Shown one piece after another: positions 11,046 to 21,630 of a stretch of 64,000 nucleotides of DNA; position 1 is the stretch's first letter, and the number at the start of each line of letters is the position of its first letter. Location: contig CAXXMR010000030.1 of NCBI GenBank assembly GCA_963663805.2, positions 1 to 64,000 on the forward strand. The letters are read 5' to 3'. The position numbers and the translations under genes are program-made. This stretch comes from Sedimentisphaerales bacterium (lineage in GTDB: Bacteria; Planctomycetota; Phycisphaerae; Sedimentisphaerales; SM23-30). The notes below the pieces were generated by a model. That model was given only the letters and a program-made list of their open reading frames with translations. It was not told the origin of the DNA and searched no databases.

Positions 11046-12884
11046 TTAGTTACAAGCTTCTGACACATCCCAGCCGCAATACAACCAGTATGCCGAAATA
11101 GTCGCGAAGTCATTCATATCGATCACGCAGTCACCATTAATATCGCCGTCTTCGGCATCGATTTCGCAAGTGGGGTCTATCATATCGAAACTCCAGATCA
11201 GGCCTGTCGTTGTCGCACCGCCAACTACCGAATCAACTCGCCAGTAATATGTATTGCCATACCCCAGAGCGTCATAGTGGTAATCCAAATCAGAAGCCGA
11301 CTGCGAGTGAACCAGGGCCAGCGAAGTCGAAACCGTGCCAATATAAACATTAACCGTATCAAAAGTGCCCGCCATATCCCAACTGAGAACCTGAGACTTT
11401 AATATTCCAGTCGCTTCATCAGCCGGTGCGGGATTCTGAGTACCCATAATATTTGTTGTGAAGCTCCAGATCTCGCCGGTAGTCGCCAGCGGCGAATCAG
11501 TATCTACCCGCCAGTAATATGTAGTCTCCGGACTCAGCAAAGGCAGCGTCGCACTGGTAATATCAGTACCCGAAGCTATCATTGTGGCACTCGCCATGGT
11601 TTCGTCAGTACCGAACCATACCTTCACGTTGACGGACTGACCGGCATAAGGATTCTCCCAACTCAACCCTCCCACTGCCGGAGATACGATCTGTTCGTCA
11701 AGCCCCGGCGTAGGATTATGAGAAGTTTCTTCCGCGGTGAGCGTACCGTTAATATTGGAGACACGACCCGAACCGCCGTAAGCGACAATCCTGCCCGCGG
11801 CGATATGGTCTTCAATATAACCAGAGAAAGAAGAGGTGGCATAATTCTTCCAGATAAAAGTACCGCCGCAAAGGTTCAGTTTATTGGCAGCGCCTTCAGC
11901 CAGATTGAACTGCAACGCCTCTACATTACTGTTATCGTACGCCGCGGTTATTACGCCACCACTGAGATTAACGAGATTGCTTTCGTTGCCTATATTGTTA
12001 CGTCCAACATTGAATATCGTACAGTCAACCTGACCACCAGACATATTCATCGTCGAAGGAGTCCCGCCATAACCAATATATACACCAATACCATCCGCGG
12101 TAACCTGACCTGCCGTCATGTTGATTGTACTTATCGAATTGGTGTTTGAGGAGCGAAAAGCTATGGATGTATGGATCGTGCCACCGTCAATATTCATTAC
12201 CGCGTCACCGTTCATACCAATGTAAATGCCATTGGCATTGATAACCGAAGAACCGCTGATATTGAATGTGCAAAGACCGCCGTCAACATAGCCAATACCC
12301 AGATACTGCGTATAAGGAGCATAATCATCCAGAGTTATCGTCCCGCCGGTCATATTGAATACACCGCCGCCGTGACCACTGAAGCCACCCATACGAATCA
12401 GGTCCAGCTTCATCTCGCCGCCAGTCATATTTACTTCAGCGTAACCGTAACGAGGAGCACTAAGCATCATGACTTCTAGAAGACCGCTGTTGAAATCCAG
12501 ATATGTATTTGTACCGCCAAAATGGCCAACATTGAAATATCCGCTTGCACCATCTTCTTTACGCATCATATCTAAATGAGCACCGTTAACTGTCAAACCT
12601 ACCAAATCAGAAGTGGCATTCACACCGTCATAGCCTAAACCAAGCTTTAATTCTGTAAACTCCGGCGGCGCAACTGTACCGTCCGCAATAGGGTCATTAC
12701 TGCTGTTGTAAACATTTATAAAATTGGGATTATTCGGGTCGGTATCAAAAACGTAGTTGTCCCAGTTCGCAGCATTGTTCCAGTCCTGATCCACATAACC
12801 TTGCCATGTAATATAATTAGTCGCCGCCGACAATAAGCTGCACAAACTAAAACTTGCCAATAACATAACCATTAATTTTCGCAT
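11046..12884 (-). CDS. Secreted protein paralogous to 9113-10969
   Basis: Signal peptide and the same architecture; GDINGDCVIDMNDF. Confidence 0.8.
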   Translation of the reverse strand: MRKLMVMLLASFSLCSLLSAATNYITWQGYVDQDWNNAANWDNYVFDTDPNNPNFINVYNSSNDPIADGTVAPPEFTELKLGLGYDGVNATSDLVGLTVNGAHLDMMRKEDGASGYFNVGHFGGTNTYLDFNSGLLEVMMLSAPRYGYAEVNMTGGEMKLDLIRMGGFSGHGGGVFNMTGGTITLDDYAPYTQYLGIGYVDGGLCTFNISGSSVINANGIYIGMNGDAVMNIDGGTIHTSIAFRSSNTNSISTINMTAGQVTADGIGVYIGYGGTPSTMNMSGGQVDCTIFNVGRNNIGNESNLVNLSGGVITAAYDNSNVEALQFNLAEGAANKLNLCGGTFIWKNYATSSFSGYIEDHIAAGRIVAYGGSGRVSNINGTLTAEETSHNPTPGLDEQIVSPAVGGLSWENPYAGQSVNVKVWFGTDETMASATMIASGTDITSATLPLLSPETTYYWRVDTDSPLATTGEIWSFTTNIMGTQNPAPADEATGILKSQVLSWDMAGTFDTVNVYIGTVSTSLALVHSQSASDLDYHYDALGYGNTYYWRVDSVVGGATTTGLIWSFDMIDPTCEIDAEDGDINGDCVIDMNDFATISAYWLYCGWDVSEACN

Positions 12885-12944
12885 AAGATTTCTCCTTCTT
12901 AAACCGCTAATTAAAATCTCACCTCTAAAACTAAACCGTAATTA

Positions 12945-13802
12945 TTATCTGACCGCTGAACTGTAGTAGTAAATCATCTTTTCCAAAGACTCCGAAAGCT
13001 CTTCATTATTCTCCGAAATCGTAAGAATGTCCTGACCCTTGGCAGTCTTCTTCATGACAGATGTCGATTCAGTATCCAGATCAAACCTGTCAACATGGCC
13101 GTCGGCAAAGGCCAGATTAGAAGCCCCCCGGCTGTCCATGCCATGATCAATACGAAGCGGATCCAGCCAGCGACCCTTGCCATTAGCCAGAAAACACATC
13201 GCCCAGGAACCGGTAGAACTCATCAGAGTTGCAGGATTATTTTGCCCCTCCTCGACAATTACCAGTCGATCACCGCTATTGCGAATCTGTTCCAGTTTAT
13301 AAAGCCGACGACGTCCTTCATTACCGTTACAACCACGACCCTGATAATAATTACCCGCCATAGCGTCCGATATCGCGTATGAACGCCATTGCTTATTATT
13401 GGTCTTCTCATAACGCTTATCTATAGGACACCTGTAGCAATCTATATTCTCCACATAAGGCCACATCAAACCTCTCTTGCATCCTTCCTTCGATACCCCA
13501 TCAGTCCACGGGTCAATCCATTCCGGATTCTGAGGTGAAGAATAGCGAGGGTCCATAGGGTCGCCTATAGTGGTCTGATAACCGGATGCCGAGACAAATC
13601 TGCCATCATTATCCTCAGCATACAACATCCACCCCAAAACCAACTGACGCAGACTGCTGGAACAGACAATACCATAAGCCTGCTTACGAGCCTGACCCAA
13701 CGCCGGCAATAAAATACTCACCAGCAAAGCAATAATAGCCACAACCACCAGCAATTCCACCAGAGTAAAACCAGCCTTGGGACTCATACCTTTTCTTGAC
13801 AT
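12945..13802 (-). CDS. Prepilin-type N-methylation / H-X9-DG (DUF1559-like) protein
   Basis: [33 protein letters not shown]...NLAFADGHV. Confidence 0.9.
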   Translation of the reverse strand: MSRKGMSPKAGFTLVELLVVVAIIALLVSILLPALGQARKQAYGIVCSSSLRQLVLGWMLYAEDNDGRFVSASGYQTTIGDPMDPRYSSPQNPEWIDPWTDGVSKEGCKRGLMWPYVENIDCYRCPIDKRYEKTNNKQWRSYAISDAMAGNYYQGRGCNGNEGRRRLYKLEQIRNSGDRLVIVEEGQNNPATLMSSTGSWAMCFLANGKGRWLDPLRIDHGMDSRGASNLAFADGHVDRFDLDTESTSVMKKTAKGQDILTISENNEELSESLEKMIYYYSSAVR

Positions 13803-14277
13803 AGGATTACCTTTCCAGAATATTCAGAATGAATAAAGAGATTCTAAGAAAAAAACATCATGGATCTGGCAAAAACAACTCATTTCAGCAGCCTCCATTA
13901 ACCAATAAACAAAAACTTCTCAGTTTCATATTAGCACATCGACAACTTTTTTGCAATAACAAGATAAATATTGTTGCCAAATATTTATTACATATACATC
14001 CTACTTATTCGCTTTTTTGATTTCAAGAGAAAAATAAATAAAAATGCTAAATATTTATTTATTTTGTTGATGGGGCCCTGAGAGAAAGGTATGATAAAGC
14101 CGTAAAGTTTGATAGTTAGAATACAGTTAACCGGAAAAAAACGCGAAAAAACTCTGAAAAACGTGTGTTTTTCCAAAAAAATTTGAAAAAATTCGCTTTT
14201 TTCGGCCACACAAGGCAGCTTCGCGGTTATTTTCAGTGTACTGATTAGACCGCCTTAACCTGCACAGGAAACAAAAA

Positions 14278-15624
14278 ATGAACCTGAGAATGCTTGATTT
14301 ACTGAAAGTATCGCCGGACGCACCGCCCATCACTGACGAAAATGTCATAAAGAAACAATATCCATATTGGCGACTGAGAGTACTTTATGCCACAACTATA
14401 GGCTACGTAGCATTTTACTTCGTTCGCAAAAGCCTGGCCGTTGCCATGCCCGCCATTGAAGAAGAATTCAAAATCCCCAAAGACCAGCTCGGCCTTATCC
14501 TCACAGCTTTTGGCCTGACCTACGGTGTATCAAAATTCATAAACGGATTCGCCGGAGACCGATCTAACCCTCGATACTTTATGGCGTTAGGGCTAATCTG
14601 CTCGGCACTCATAAATGTTTTATTTGGCCTTAGCAGCGGTATTATCGCATTCACAATTCTCTGGATACTAAACGGATGGTTCCAGGGCATGGGCTGGGCA
14701 CCTTGCAGCCGTACCCTGGTACAGTGGTTTTCAGCAAAGGAAAGAGGCGTAAAATTCTCACTATGCAATAGTGCTGTTTCAATTGGCTCAGCTCTGGTAG
14801 TGTTCTTAAATGGCTTTCTAATAGTAAGATACGGCTGGAGAACCTGCTTCTTTGTACCGGCGGGAATCGCTTTCCTGGGCACCTTGTTTATATTAAACAG
14901 ACTGCGTGACCGCCCTCAATCGCTGGGCCTGCCGCCTGTCGAACAATACACCGGAGACGAAGCAGACCTCGCCGACACCAACCAGCCCGAAAAAAGCAAT
15001 TACAAACAGCTTGTTAATAAATACATTTACAGAAACCCACTTATGTGGATTGCCTGCCTGGGCCAAATGTTCGTCTATGTCATCAGATACGCCATTCTGG
15101 ACTGGGGGATAATGTACTTAAATGAAGTCAAAGGGCTGGATATAGACAAAGCATCGTGGATTGTCGGCGGCTATGAACTGGCCGGAATTGCCGGCATGAT
15201 TATCGGCGGCTTTGCCATGGACAAGCTCTTTAAGGGTTACGGAGGAAGGACTTGCGCTATATACATGGCATTGTGCGCTATTTGCGTACTGATATTCTGG
15301 CGATATCCCGTCGATAGCATTCTGGCCAACGGATTACTGCTCTGGGCGATGGGATTCTTCATTTACGGCCCTCAGTGTCTCGTAGCGGTAGTCGCAGCCA
15401 ATATGGTACCCAAAGACGTTGGGGCCGCAGCAATCGGCCTGACGGGCCTTTTTGGCTACCTCAGCACGGTTGTGTCCGGTTGGGGATTCGGCAAGATCGT
15501 GGAGGAATACGGATGGAACGGCGGCTTCCTCATGCTCGCCCTGGCTGGTGCGGCTGGAACTGTAATGTTTATCATCCTGTGGAACACCAATTCCCACCTC
15601 AGTCCACATTCCCAAAAATCGTAA
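14278..15624 (+). CDS. MFS organophosphate:Pi antiporter (GlpT/PgtP/UhpC family)
   Basis: YFVRK, YGVSKFING..GDRSNPR, NGWFQGMGW, RDRPQSLGLP, YGPQ; about 12 TM segments. Confidence 0.9.
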   Translation: MNLRMLDLLKVSPDAPPITDENVIKKQYPYWRLRVLYATTIGYVAFYFVRKSLAVAMPAIEEEFKIPKDQLGLILTAFGLTYGVSKFINGFAGDRSNPRYFMALGLICSALINVLFGLSSGIIAFTILWILNGWFQGMGWAPCSRTLVQWFSAKERGVKFSLCNSAVSIGSALVVFLNGFLIVRYGWRTCFFVPAGIAFLGTLFILNRLRDRPQSLGLPPVEQYTGDEADLADTNQPEKSNYKQLVNKYIYRNPLMWIACLGQMFVYVIRYAILDWGIMYLNEVKGLDIDKASWIVGGYELAGIAGMIIGGFAMDKLFKGYGGRTCAIYMALCAICVLIFWRYPVDSILANGLLLWAMGFFIYGPQCLVAVVAANMVPKDVGAAAIGLTGLFGYLSTVVSGWGFGKIVEEYGWNGGFLMLALAGAAGTVMFIILWNTNSHLSPHSQKS

Positions 15625-16096
15625 GCGTTCGCACGAAAAAGGCCTCTTGTTTTCAGCGCAAAAGTGCCGGAAACAACCGATTTTTAAGGAAAATTTCGCG
15701 TTTTTTCGAGAAATTTTAAATAAATTTACGTTTTTAGCCTGTTTTTTTGTGCTTTTGGACAAAGGTTCACAAAAAAAACTCAACCAAAACCAAGTCGCCA
15801 CAAAGCGTGAAACATCCTTGCCATGGAAACACTTAGCAATCACTAACTGCTGGTAACGCATATTTATTCACTTAAAATTTCCAACTAAGCATAAAATTTT
15901 CTTGAAATCATGTCGCAGAGGTTGTATAGTAGGCTGAGTTGCATATTTATTCTGAAACTTAATGCAATAACAGGATCGGATTTAGTTGGAAAAATAAAAA
16001 AATTATCAAAACCATTTAGAGGAGGACGTGTATGGCCTAATTATTTTTCGTTGAGTTTTTACTGTTTTTATTGTTTTTTTAGATGGAGGAAATGTT

Positions 16097-17257
16097 ATGA
16101 AAAATTTAGTTATTTGCGTAATCGTAATCACCCTTTCGCTGACGGGCATGAGTATGGCAGACCAAAGCTACGGCAGTTATATGGCCGGCGGGATGTATAA
16201 ACAGTGGGTCATTACTGACGGCGCCATCGGTTACATCTCCGGTCTGGCCTGGGATCCAACCCACACCGATGTCAACGGCGACTATGATATTCTTTATGGT
16301 GGTAACGCAGTTACAGATGCCTCGCTCAGCGGTCTGTACTATATGAATGTTACCAACGAGTCTATCGGTACACTTGTCACCAACGCGACAACCGATAAAG
16401 CCTGGGATGTCACCATTGACTCAACCGGAACCGTTTATGTCAGCTGTGACGGCGCACCACAGATATGGAAAGTCGAAAGTCCTCTGAGTTCGCCCACCAT
16501 TACTCAGATTATGGGTAATGTTCGCGATGCCGGCGATGATGACCCGATATGCATGGGAATTTTGCCTGCCGGGTTTGATAACGATTATGAGTATTATGCG
16601 GATCAGGATATTATCGTTTTCGATAAAGGGCTTGATAATGACGCATTCGAAGCTGTTTATGTATTGAACAACGAAAGCACTCCCGAATCTCCCATGATCG
16701 ACGTTGTCTGGGAAGACACTACCAGTCCCGGTTACTCCTGGGCCGAAGTCAGCCAGTATGACGGGTACATGTATCTCACGCTGGACAATCCCACAACAGA
16801 CCTGGTAAACGGCGAGTCGAGATATTTTATCAAACGCCTCAACTCTTCCGGCGTACTGGAAACCGTCTTTATGGACATTGACCCGGCGTTGCTGCCCACC
16901 AATGAAGTTGACGATGCTATTACCTTCAATCCCGCGGATGGTTCGATCTGGATCGCGTTTGACCACGGTACTGAAGGCAGGGCGATTTATCGTCTCGATG
17001 TTGCCAACGCGACTGATCTTGGTGATGGTTCCATTCTGGCTTCAACCACCAAGGAAATCACTCTGACAGGCGACGACCTCATCAATGTGGCCAATAACTC
17101 GATGGCATTTTCGCCTGACGGTAAATTCCTGGCTTGCGGCGATCCGGCCGGTGATGACAGAATGACAATTTTCAGCACCGTAGCGGTCCCCGAACCAACG
17201 AGCATTGCTCTGCTGAGTATGGGATTAGCTTTTGCGTTCAGAAAGAAACGTAAATAA
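16097..17257 (+). CDS. PEP-CTERM sorted secreted protein
   Basis: Signal peptide; C-terminal VPEPTSIALLSMGLAFAFRKKRK. Confidence 0.88.
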   Translation: MKNLVICVIVITLSLTGMSMADQSYGSYMAGGMYKQWVITDGAIGYISGLAWDPTHTDVNGDYDILYGGNAVTDASLSGLYYMNVTNESIGTLVTNATTDKAWDVTIDSTGTVYVSCDGAPQIWKVESPLSSPTITQIMGNVRDAGDDDPICMGILPAGFDNDYEYYADQDIIVFDKGLDNDAFEAVYVLNNESTPESPMIDVVWEDTTSPGYSWAEVSQYDGYMYLTLDNPTTDLVNGESRYFIKRLNSSGVLETVFMDIDPALLPTNEVDDAITFNPADGSIWIAFDHGTEGRAIYRLDVANATDLGDGSILASTTKEITLTGDDLINVANNSMAFSPDGKFLACGDPAGDDRMTIFSTVAVPEPTSIALLSMGLAFAFRKKRK

Positions 17258-17268
17258 GATTTACACAT

Positions 17269-17311
17269 AAAAAAGCCCGGCAGTCGAATGTTTCGATTTG
17301 ACTGCCGGGTT
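17269..17311. terminator. Intrinsic terminator between convergent genes
   Basis: CCCGGCAGTC...GACTGCCGGG stem preceded by an A-tract. Confidence 0.6.
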
Positions 17312-17466
17312 ATTGATTTGTAAGTGTTGACAGTGCGTATCGCACTGATAGATCGCCGCGGTCGTTTGGCGTATTTGTCGCTCCCGCTGGTCGCTTACTT
17401 GGTTGGCAAGCATGTTAACGGCGTGGTGCCTGCCTTCGGCAGAATTTGTTTTATTTGCAAATTTTT

Positions 17467-17505
17467 ACCCAGGGTGCCGTTCGCTTTGCTCACTTGCCCT
17501 GGGCT
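17467..17505. repeat. REP-like extragenic palindrome
   Basis: ACCCAGGG...GCCCTGGGCT, resembling common REP-type palindromes; single copy in this window. Confidence 0.4.
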
Positions 17506-17601
17506 AAGTTATGTTACCACCCTGGCCATATTTTTACGCAAAGAACGGGGTTTGGTAGTCCAATCGTGGCGTTGTCGCTTCGGGATATTGTTTGGTTGTT
17601 T

Positions 17602-18558
17602 TTAAAATTCAAGAAGCCCTTCGGCTGTTTCCTGGTCGGTAATTATTGATTTGACGTAACCGTTTTTGATCAGGGACGCAATCGCGGGCACTCTGCTCAA
17701 ACCGGAACTGACGGCAACTACCTCCGGGGTACGCTTCAACTGCTCCAAAGACATCCCCAGCACACAATTCTTATATTTAGTATCGCACTCTTTGCCATCG
17801 GCATCGAAAAATCTGCCGCAGACCTCGCCCACAGCACCTTTGGCAATCAAATCAGCCGGGCTTTGATGTTTAAATGAGTCATTGGCGATAAAGACCGAAT
17901 CCTCGACCGTACCCACACCAACAATCGCTGAATCTGCCCGATCCATCATCGACAGCACGCATTTAATCTGCATGTGATTCATAAACGAATCGCGTTCTTC
18001 CTTACACGAAGTGACCGCCGGGGCCTGCAAGGGATGGAAACTCGCCCCAAAAAACGAAGCCAGTTTCAAGCCAATATCTATCGAATCGTGGCTGGTCAGA
18101 GTCATTCCCAGTCCACCTTGAGTCTGAATGATCGACATTTTATGCTTAGACGGCTTGATTTCCTGCTGCATAATCTCACAGACCAGATAAGAAATGTGCC
18201 GACTGGTTGAAAGACAAACGACATTGCTTTGCAAAATAATCTCCGTCAGCACCGGAGCCGCGAAAAACGCGATATTCTTGTAATGGTATTCCTGGTCCTG
18301 CTTTTTCCAGGTCTTGATTGAAACTACAGTATTAAGCTTATACTTTTTGATAAGTTTCTGTTCCAGTTCCTCGTTACGCGGCTCGTGTTTATTGACGGTA
18401 ACCTGAACCATACCGATCTCACGGGCTTTGGTAATCAGCCGGGAGGCCTTGGTCTGCGAGATGCCGGTCAGCTTGGCAATTTCCTTCTGGCTTTTACCAT
18501 TGATATAGTAAAGCTCAGCGATCATCGCCATAAACGCCAGATTTTCTTGCTGTTTCAC
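17602..18558 (-). CDS. SorC/DeoR-family sugar-phosphate-binding transcriptional regulator
   Basis: ELYYING.SQKEIAKLTGISQTKASRLI HTH, AIVGVG, GAVGEVCGRFFD, IITDQETA. Confidence 0.9.
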   Translation of the reverse strand: MKQQENLAFMAMIAELYYINGKSQKEIAKLTGISQTKASRLITKAREIGMVQVTVNKHEPRNEELEQKLIKKYKLNTVVSIKTWKKQDQEYHYKNIAFFAAPVLTEIILQSNVVCLSTSRHISYLVCEIMQQEIKPSKHKMSIIQTQGGLGMTLTSHDSIDIGLKLASFFGASFHPLQAPAVTSCKEERDSFMNHMQIKCVLSMMDRADSAIVGVGTVEDSVFIANDSFKHQSPADLIAKGAVGEVCGRFFDADGKECDTKYKNCVLGMSLEQLKRTPEVVAVSSGLSRVPAIASLIKNGYVKSIITDQETAEGLLEF

Positions 18559-18914
18559 GATTAACGGTTCCTAAAAAACAACTAAAATGAATATTATTGC
18601 ATTCTAACTGTTTTCTTCCTGCAAGTCAACGCCGTTAGTGAATCAATCAGCCATCCATGCGATTCACATAACATATTATTATAAAACATTTTATGGCATA
18701 TAGGTTTAGTATTCCCCTCTAATATTCCCGAAAATAACACTAATACAAGCTACTAAATCACTATCCGCAGAAAATAAATATTTATTCTAAATTTTATTGC
18801 ATTTGTATTAGCAGATGGTTAAAATGTGATGGTTATTGTTAGAGGCAAGAGCAAATGAACGAACAGGTATCGTAGAAAATATCACAAAGTACCCTAGGAA
18901 AGGGATAATTTACC

Positions 18915-20624
18915 ATGAGAATGACACCCAACCGGCAGTATGCCGTCCAGCTTACCGGGCCGGACAAACTGGAACTCAACTTAAACAAACCGGTACATGC
19001 CCCCAACGATTACCAAATGCTTTGTCAGGTTGAAGCTACCGGACTGTGTTACTCCGACTTGAAGCTGGTTAAGCAATTTGATAAGCATGTCAGAAAATTT
19101 GAGGTTGTCGCCCCGGAGTATCAGAGTTCGTTAAAGGAATATCCCGCTTATCAGCCCTACCGGAATCCAACCGTGCCCGGCCATGAAGCTGTTGTCAGAG
19201 TTCTCGAAGTCGGCAGCAAGGTAACTATCGCCCAGACAGGCAAGAGATACCTCGTCCAGCCCGACCTGAGATGGCTCAAGACCGAAACCTCAAACGGCTC
19301 GTTCGGCTATATCGTCGAAGGTGCATTGCAGGAATATGTCCTTGTTGACGAAAGGGTCTTTGTCTCGCCGGAAGGCAAATCGATGCTTATCGAAGCCCCG
19401 GAAGACAAAAGCGCTTCGGCGTCAGCTCTATGCGAACCCTGGGCCTGCGTCGAAAACGCCTATATTGACCCGGAACGCACTACTCTAAAGAGAGGTGGTA
19501 AAATGCTGGTTGTCGCAGATGAATCTATCGCGGCATTGAACAGCCTGCCCGGTATTGCCGAAAAACCTGCGGTAATCGATATTGTCGGGGCTAAAACCCA
19601 TATCGAAACCAATGCCGAAATCAACTATCGTCTGAAACTGGCTAATCTCGACGACATTTATGACGACATCATCTGTATAGGCTCGGATGCCCAGACTGTA
19701 GAGTCTTTATTTGGAAGAATCGCGAATAAAGGTCTGATGGTCATCGCGCTTTGCGGTAAGAAACTGGAACGGAAGGTCGCGATTCCTGTAGGCAGAACTC
19801 ATTACGGCGGTATCAGGATATGCGGCACCAGCGGGAACAATCTTGCCGAGGCGATGGCAATTATTCCCCAAAACGGGGAGATCAGACCTAATGATAAAAT
19901 CAATGTCGTCGGTGCGGGCGGGCCCATGGGTGTCATGCACGTCATTCGTAATATCTGCCAGAATGTGCCTGGTATTTCCATTGCCGCTGGCGACCTGGAC
20001 GACAACCGCATTAACCAGATGACCAAAATTATCGAGCCGTTGGCCCGGAAGCGTCAAATCGGCTATGCCGCCTATAATCCCACCAAAGGCGAAAAAGCCG
20101 GGCCAGCAGACTATACCGTGCTGATGGCACCTGTCCCGCAACTGGTCATTGACGCCGTGGCTGATTCTTGCGATAATGGCGTTATTAATATTTTTGCGGG
20201 AATTCCCGTTGATGTAAACGCCCAGATTGACCTCAATGCCTACATCGAAAAGAAACTTTACTTCATCGGCACCAGCGGTTCAACGGTATATGATATGATT
20301 GCGGTACTTGACAAAGTCAAAAACAATACTCTCGACACCGACCTGTCCGTCGCGGCGATTTCCGGACTGGGAGCTGCTATCGAAGGTATCAGAGCTGTAG
20401 AAAACCATAAAATCGCCGGTAAGATTATCGTCTATCCGCAATGCAAAGGACTGGACCTTATTCTGCTGGAAAATCTCGCGGAAAAATACCCGCAGGTTGC
20501 CGAGAAACTTGATGATGGAGCCTGGACTTTAGAAGCTGAAAATACCCTGTTGGAACTGTTTGAAAACAATGGTGAATCACTGTCCTTACCTAAAAAAGCC
20601 TCAAAGCTCAATACCGTACCATAA
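18915..20624 (+). CDS. Extended MDR-family (Zn-type) dehydrogenase, L-sorbose-1-phosphate reductase-like
   Basis: GLCYSDLK, PGHE, EPWAC, VVGAGGPMG, GTSGS, GKIIVYP; 569 aa. Confidence 0.75.
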   Translation: MRMTPNRQYAVQLTGPDKLELNLNKPVHAPNDYQMLCQVEATGLCYSDLKLVKQFDKHVRKFEVVAPEYQSSLKEYPAYQPYRNPTVPGHEAVVRVLEVGSKVTIAQTGKRYLVQPDLRWLKTETSNGSFGYIVEGALQEYVLVDERVFVSPEGKSMLIEAPEDKSASASALCEPWACVENAYIDPERTTLKRGGKMLVVADESIAALNSLPGIAEKPAVIDIVGAKTHIETNAEINYRLKLANLDDIYDDIICIGSDAQTVESLFGRIANKGLMVIALCGKKLERKVAIPVGRTHYGGIRICGTSGNNLAEAMAIIPQNGEIRPNDKINVVGAGGPMGVMHVIRNICQNVPGISIAAGDLDDNRINQMTKIIEPLARKRQIGYAAYNPTKGEKAGPADYTVLMAPVPQLVIDAVADSCDNGVINIFAGIPVDVNAQIDLNAYIEKKLYFIGTSGSTVYDMIAVLDKVKNNTLDTDLSVAAISGLGAAIEGIRAVENHKIAGKIIVYPQCKGLDLILLENLAEKYPQVAEKLDDGAWTLEAENTLLELFENNGESLSLPKKASKLNTVP

Positions 20625-20630
20625 ATAGAA

Positions 20631-21630
20631 ATGAAAATCATGAACACCTCTGGACGTATTATTACTATCGGGTTGACTGCCGCCTGGGATATGCACTGCA
20701 AAGTTGAAGGGCTCGACTGGAGCAATCATAAAACAGTTCAATCGTATACCAAAGTACCCGCCGGCAAAGCCCTTAATATCAACAAAGCGCTGGCCTATCT
20801 CGGCCGGTCATCTATCGCCGCGGGAATCTGGAGCGAAAACGACCACGCCCTGATGAAAAATTGCCTCAAGCCGCTGGCCAAATATATCGATATTAAAATC
20901 ACTCCCGCGCCGGGCAATACCAGAACCAATATCACCATCGAGGACACCGCCCACAACCGCCACATGCACCTGAGATTTCCCGACGAACTATGCTCGAACG
21001 CCAATCTGGATAACCTGGCCGGCTTTCTCAAAAAGCTCGTTAAACCAAATGATATTTGCGTATTGGCCGGCTCATTGCCCAGAGATGAATTTATTGACGC
21101 CACCCTGAATGTTATTCGCGTTTGCTCCAACAATAACGCCAAAATATTCCTCGATACGAACGGGCGGCACTTTCCAGCTATCGTAAACACCGGTCAAATT
21201 TCGCTTATATCGCCCAATATCGAAGAGCTGGGCGAACTGCTCGGCACCAAAGTAAATAACACCCCGGAAGAAATCACTCAGGCTGCTGGGGCCGCTATTA
21301 GATAAAGTCGCCATCATCCTCGTCAGTCGCGGCAAAGAAGGTGCCCTGACGATAACCAGGGACACAGCAGTTTCCTGCACTCTCACCGCTCCCCCGCGAC
21401 CGGTTGCCAGTGAAGTTGCCTGCGGCGACAATCTGCTCGCCGGTTTCATCGCCGGCAGATGCGAAAAACCTGATTCCCTCAGCCACGCCCTGGAAAAAGG
21501 TGTCAAACTAGCCACCGCCCAGGCCTGGGGACTGACCAAAACCACCAGCTTCGCCGAAATAGAAAAAAACGTTACTGTCAATACCGCCTGTAGTTGTCAA
21601 CCGAACGTGATACCGCTTTTGAGCGGTTGA
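20631..21630 (+). CDS. PfkB / 1-phosphofructokinase-family sugar kinase with a one-base frameshift near 21290
   Basis: AGKALN, RTNITI, AGSLP, SPNIEEL. The C-terminus VSRGKEGAL...CGDNLLAGF continues in the next frame. The extreme 3' end may run into an IS end at 21589. Confidence 0.8.

Noticed and set aside
14130..15780. Similar A/T-tract-rich stretches flanking the MFS gene as mobile-element ends
   Set aside because: Low-complexity similarity only, with no defined IR or TSD; probably curved promoter-upstream DNA.
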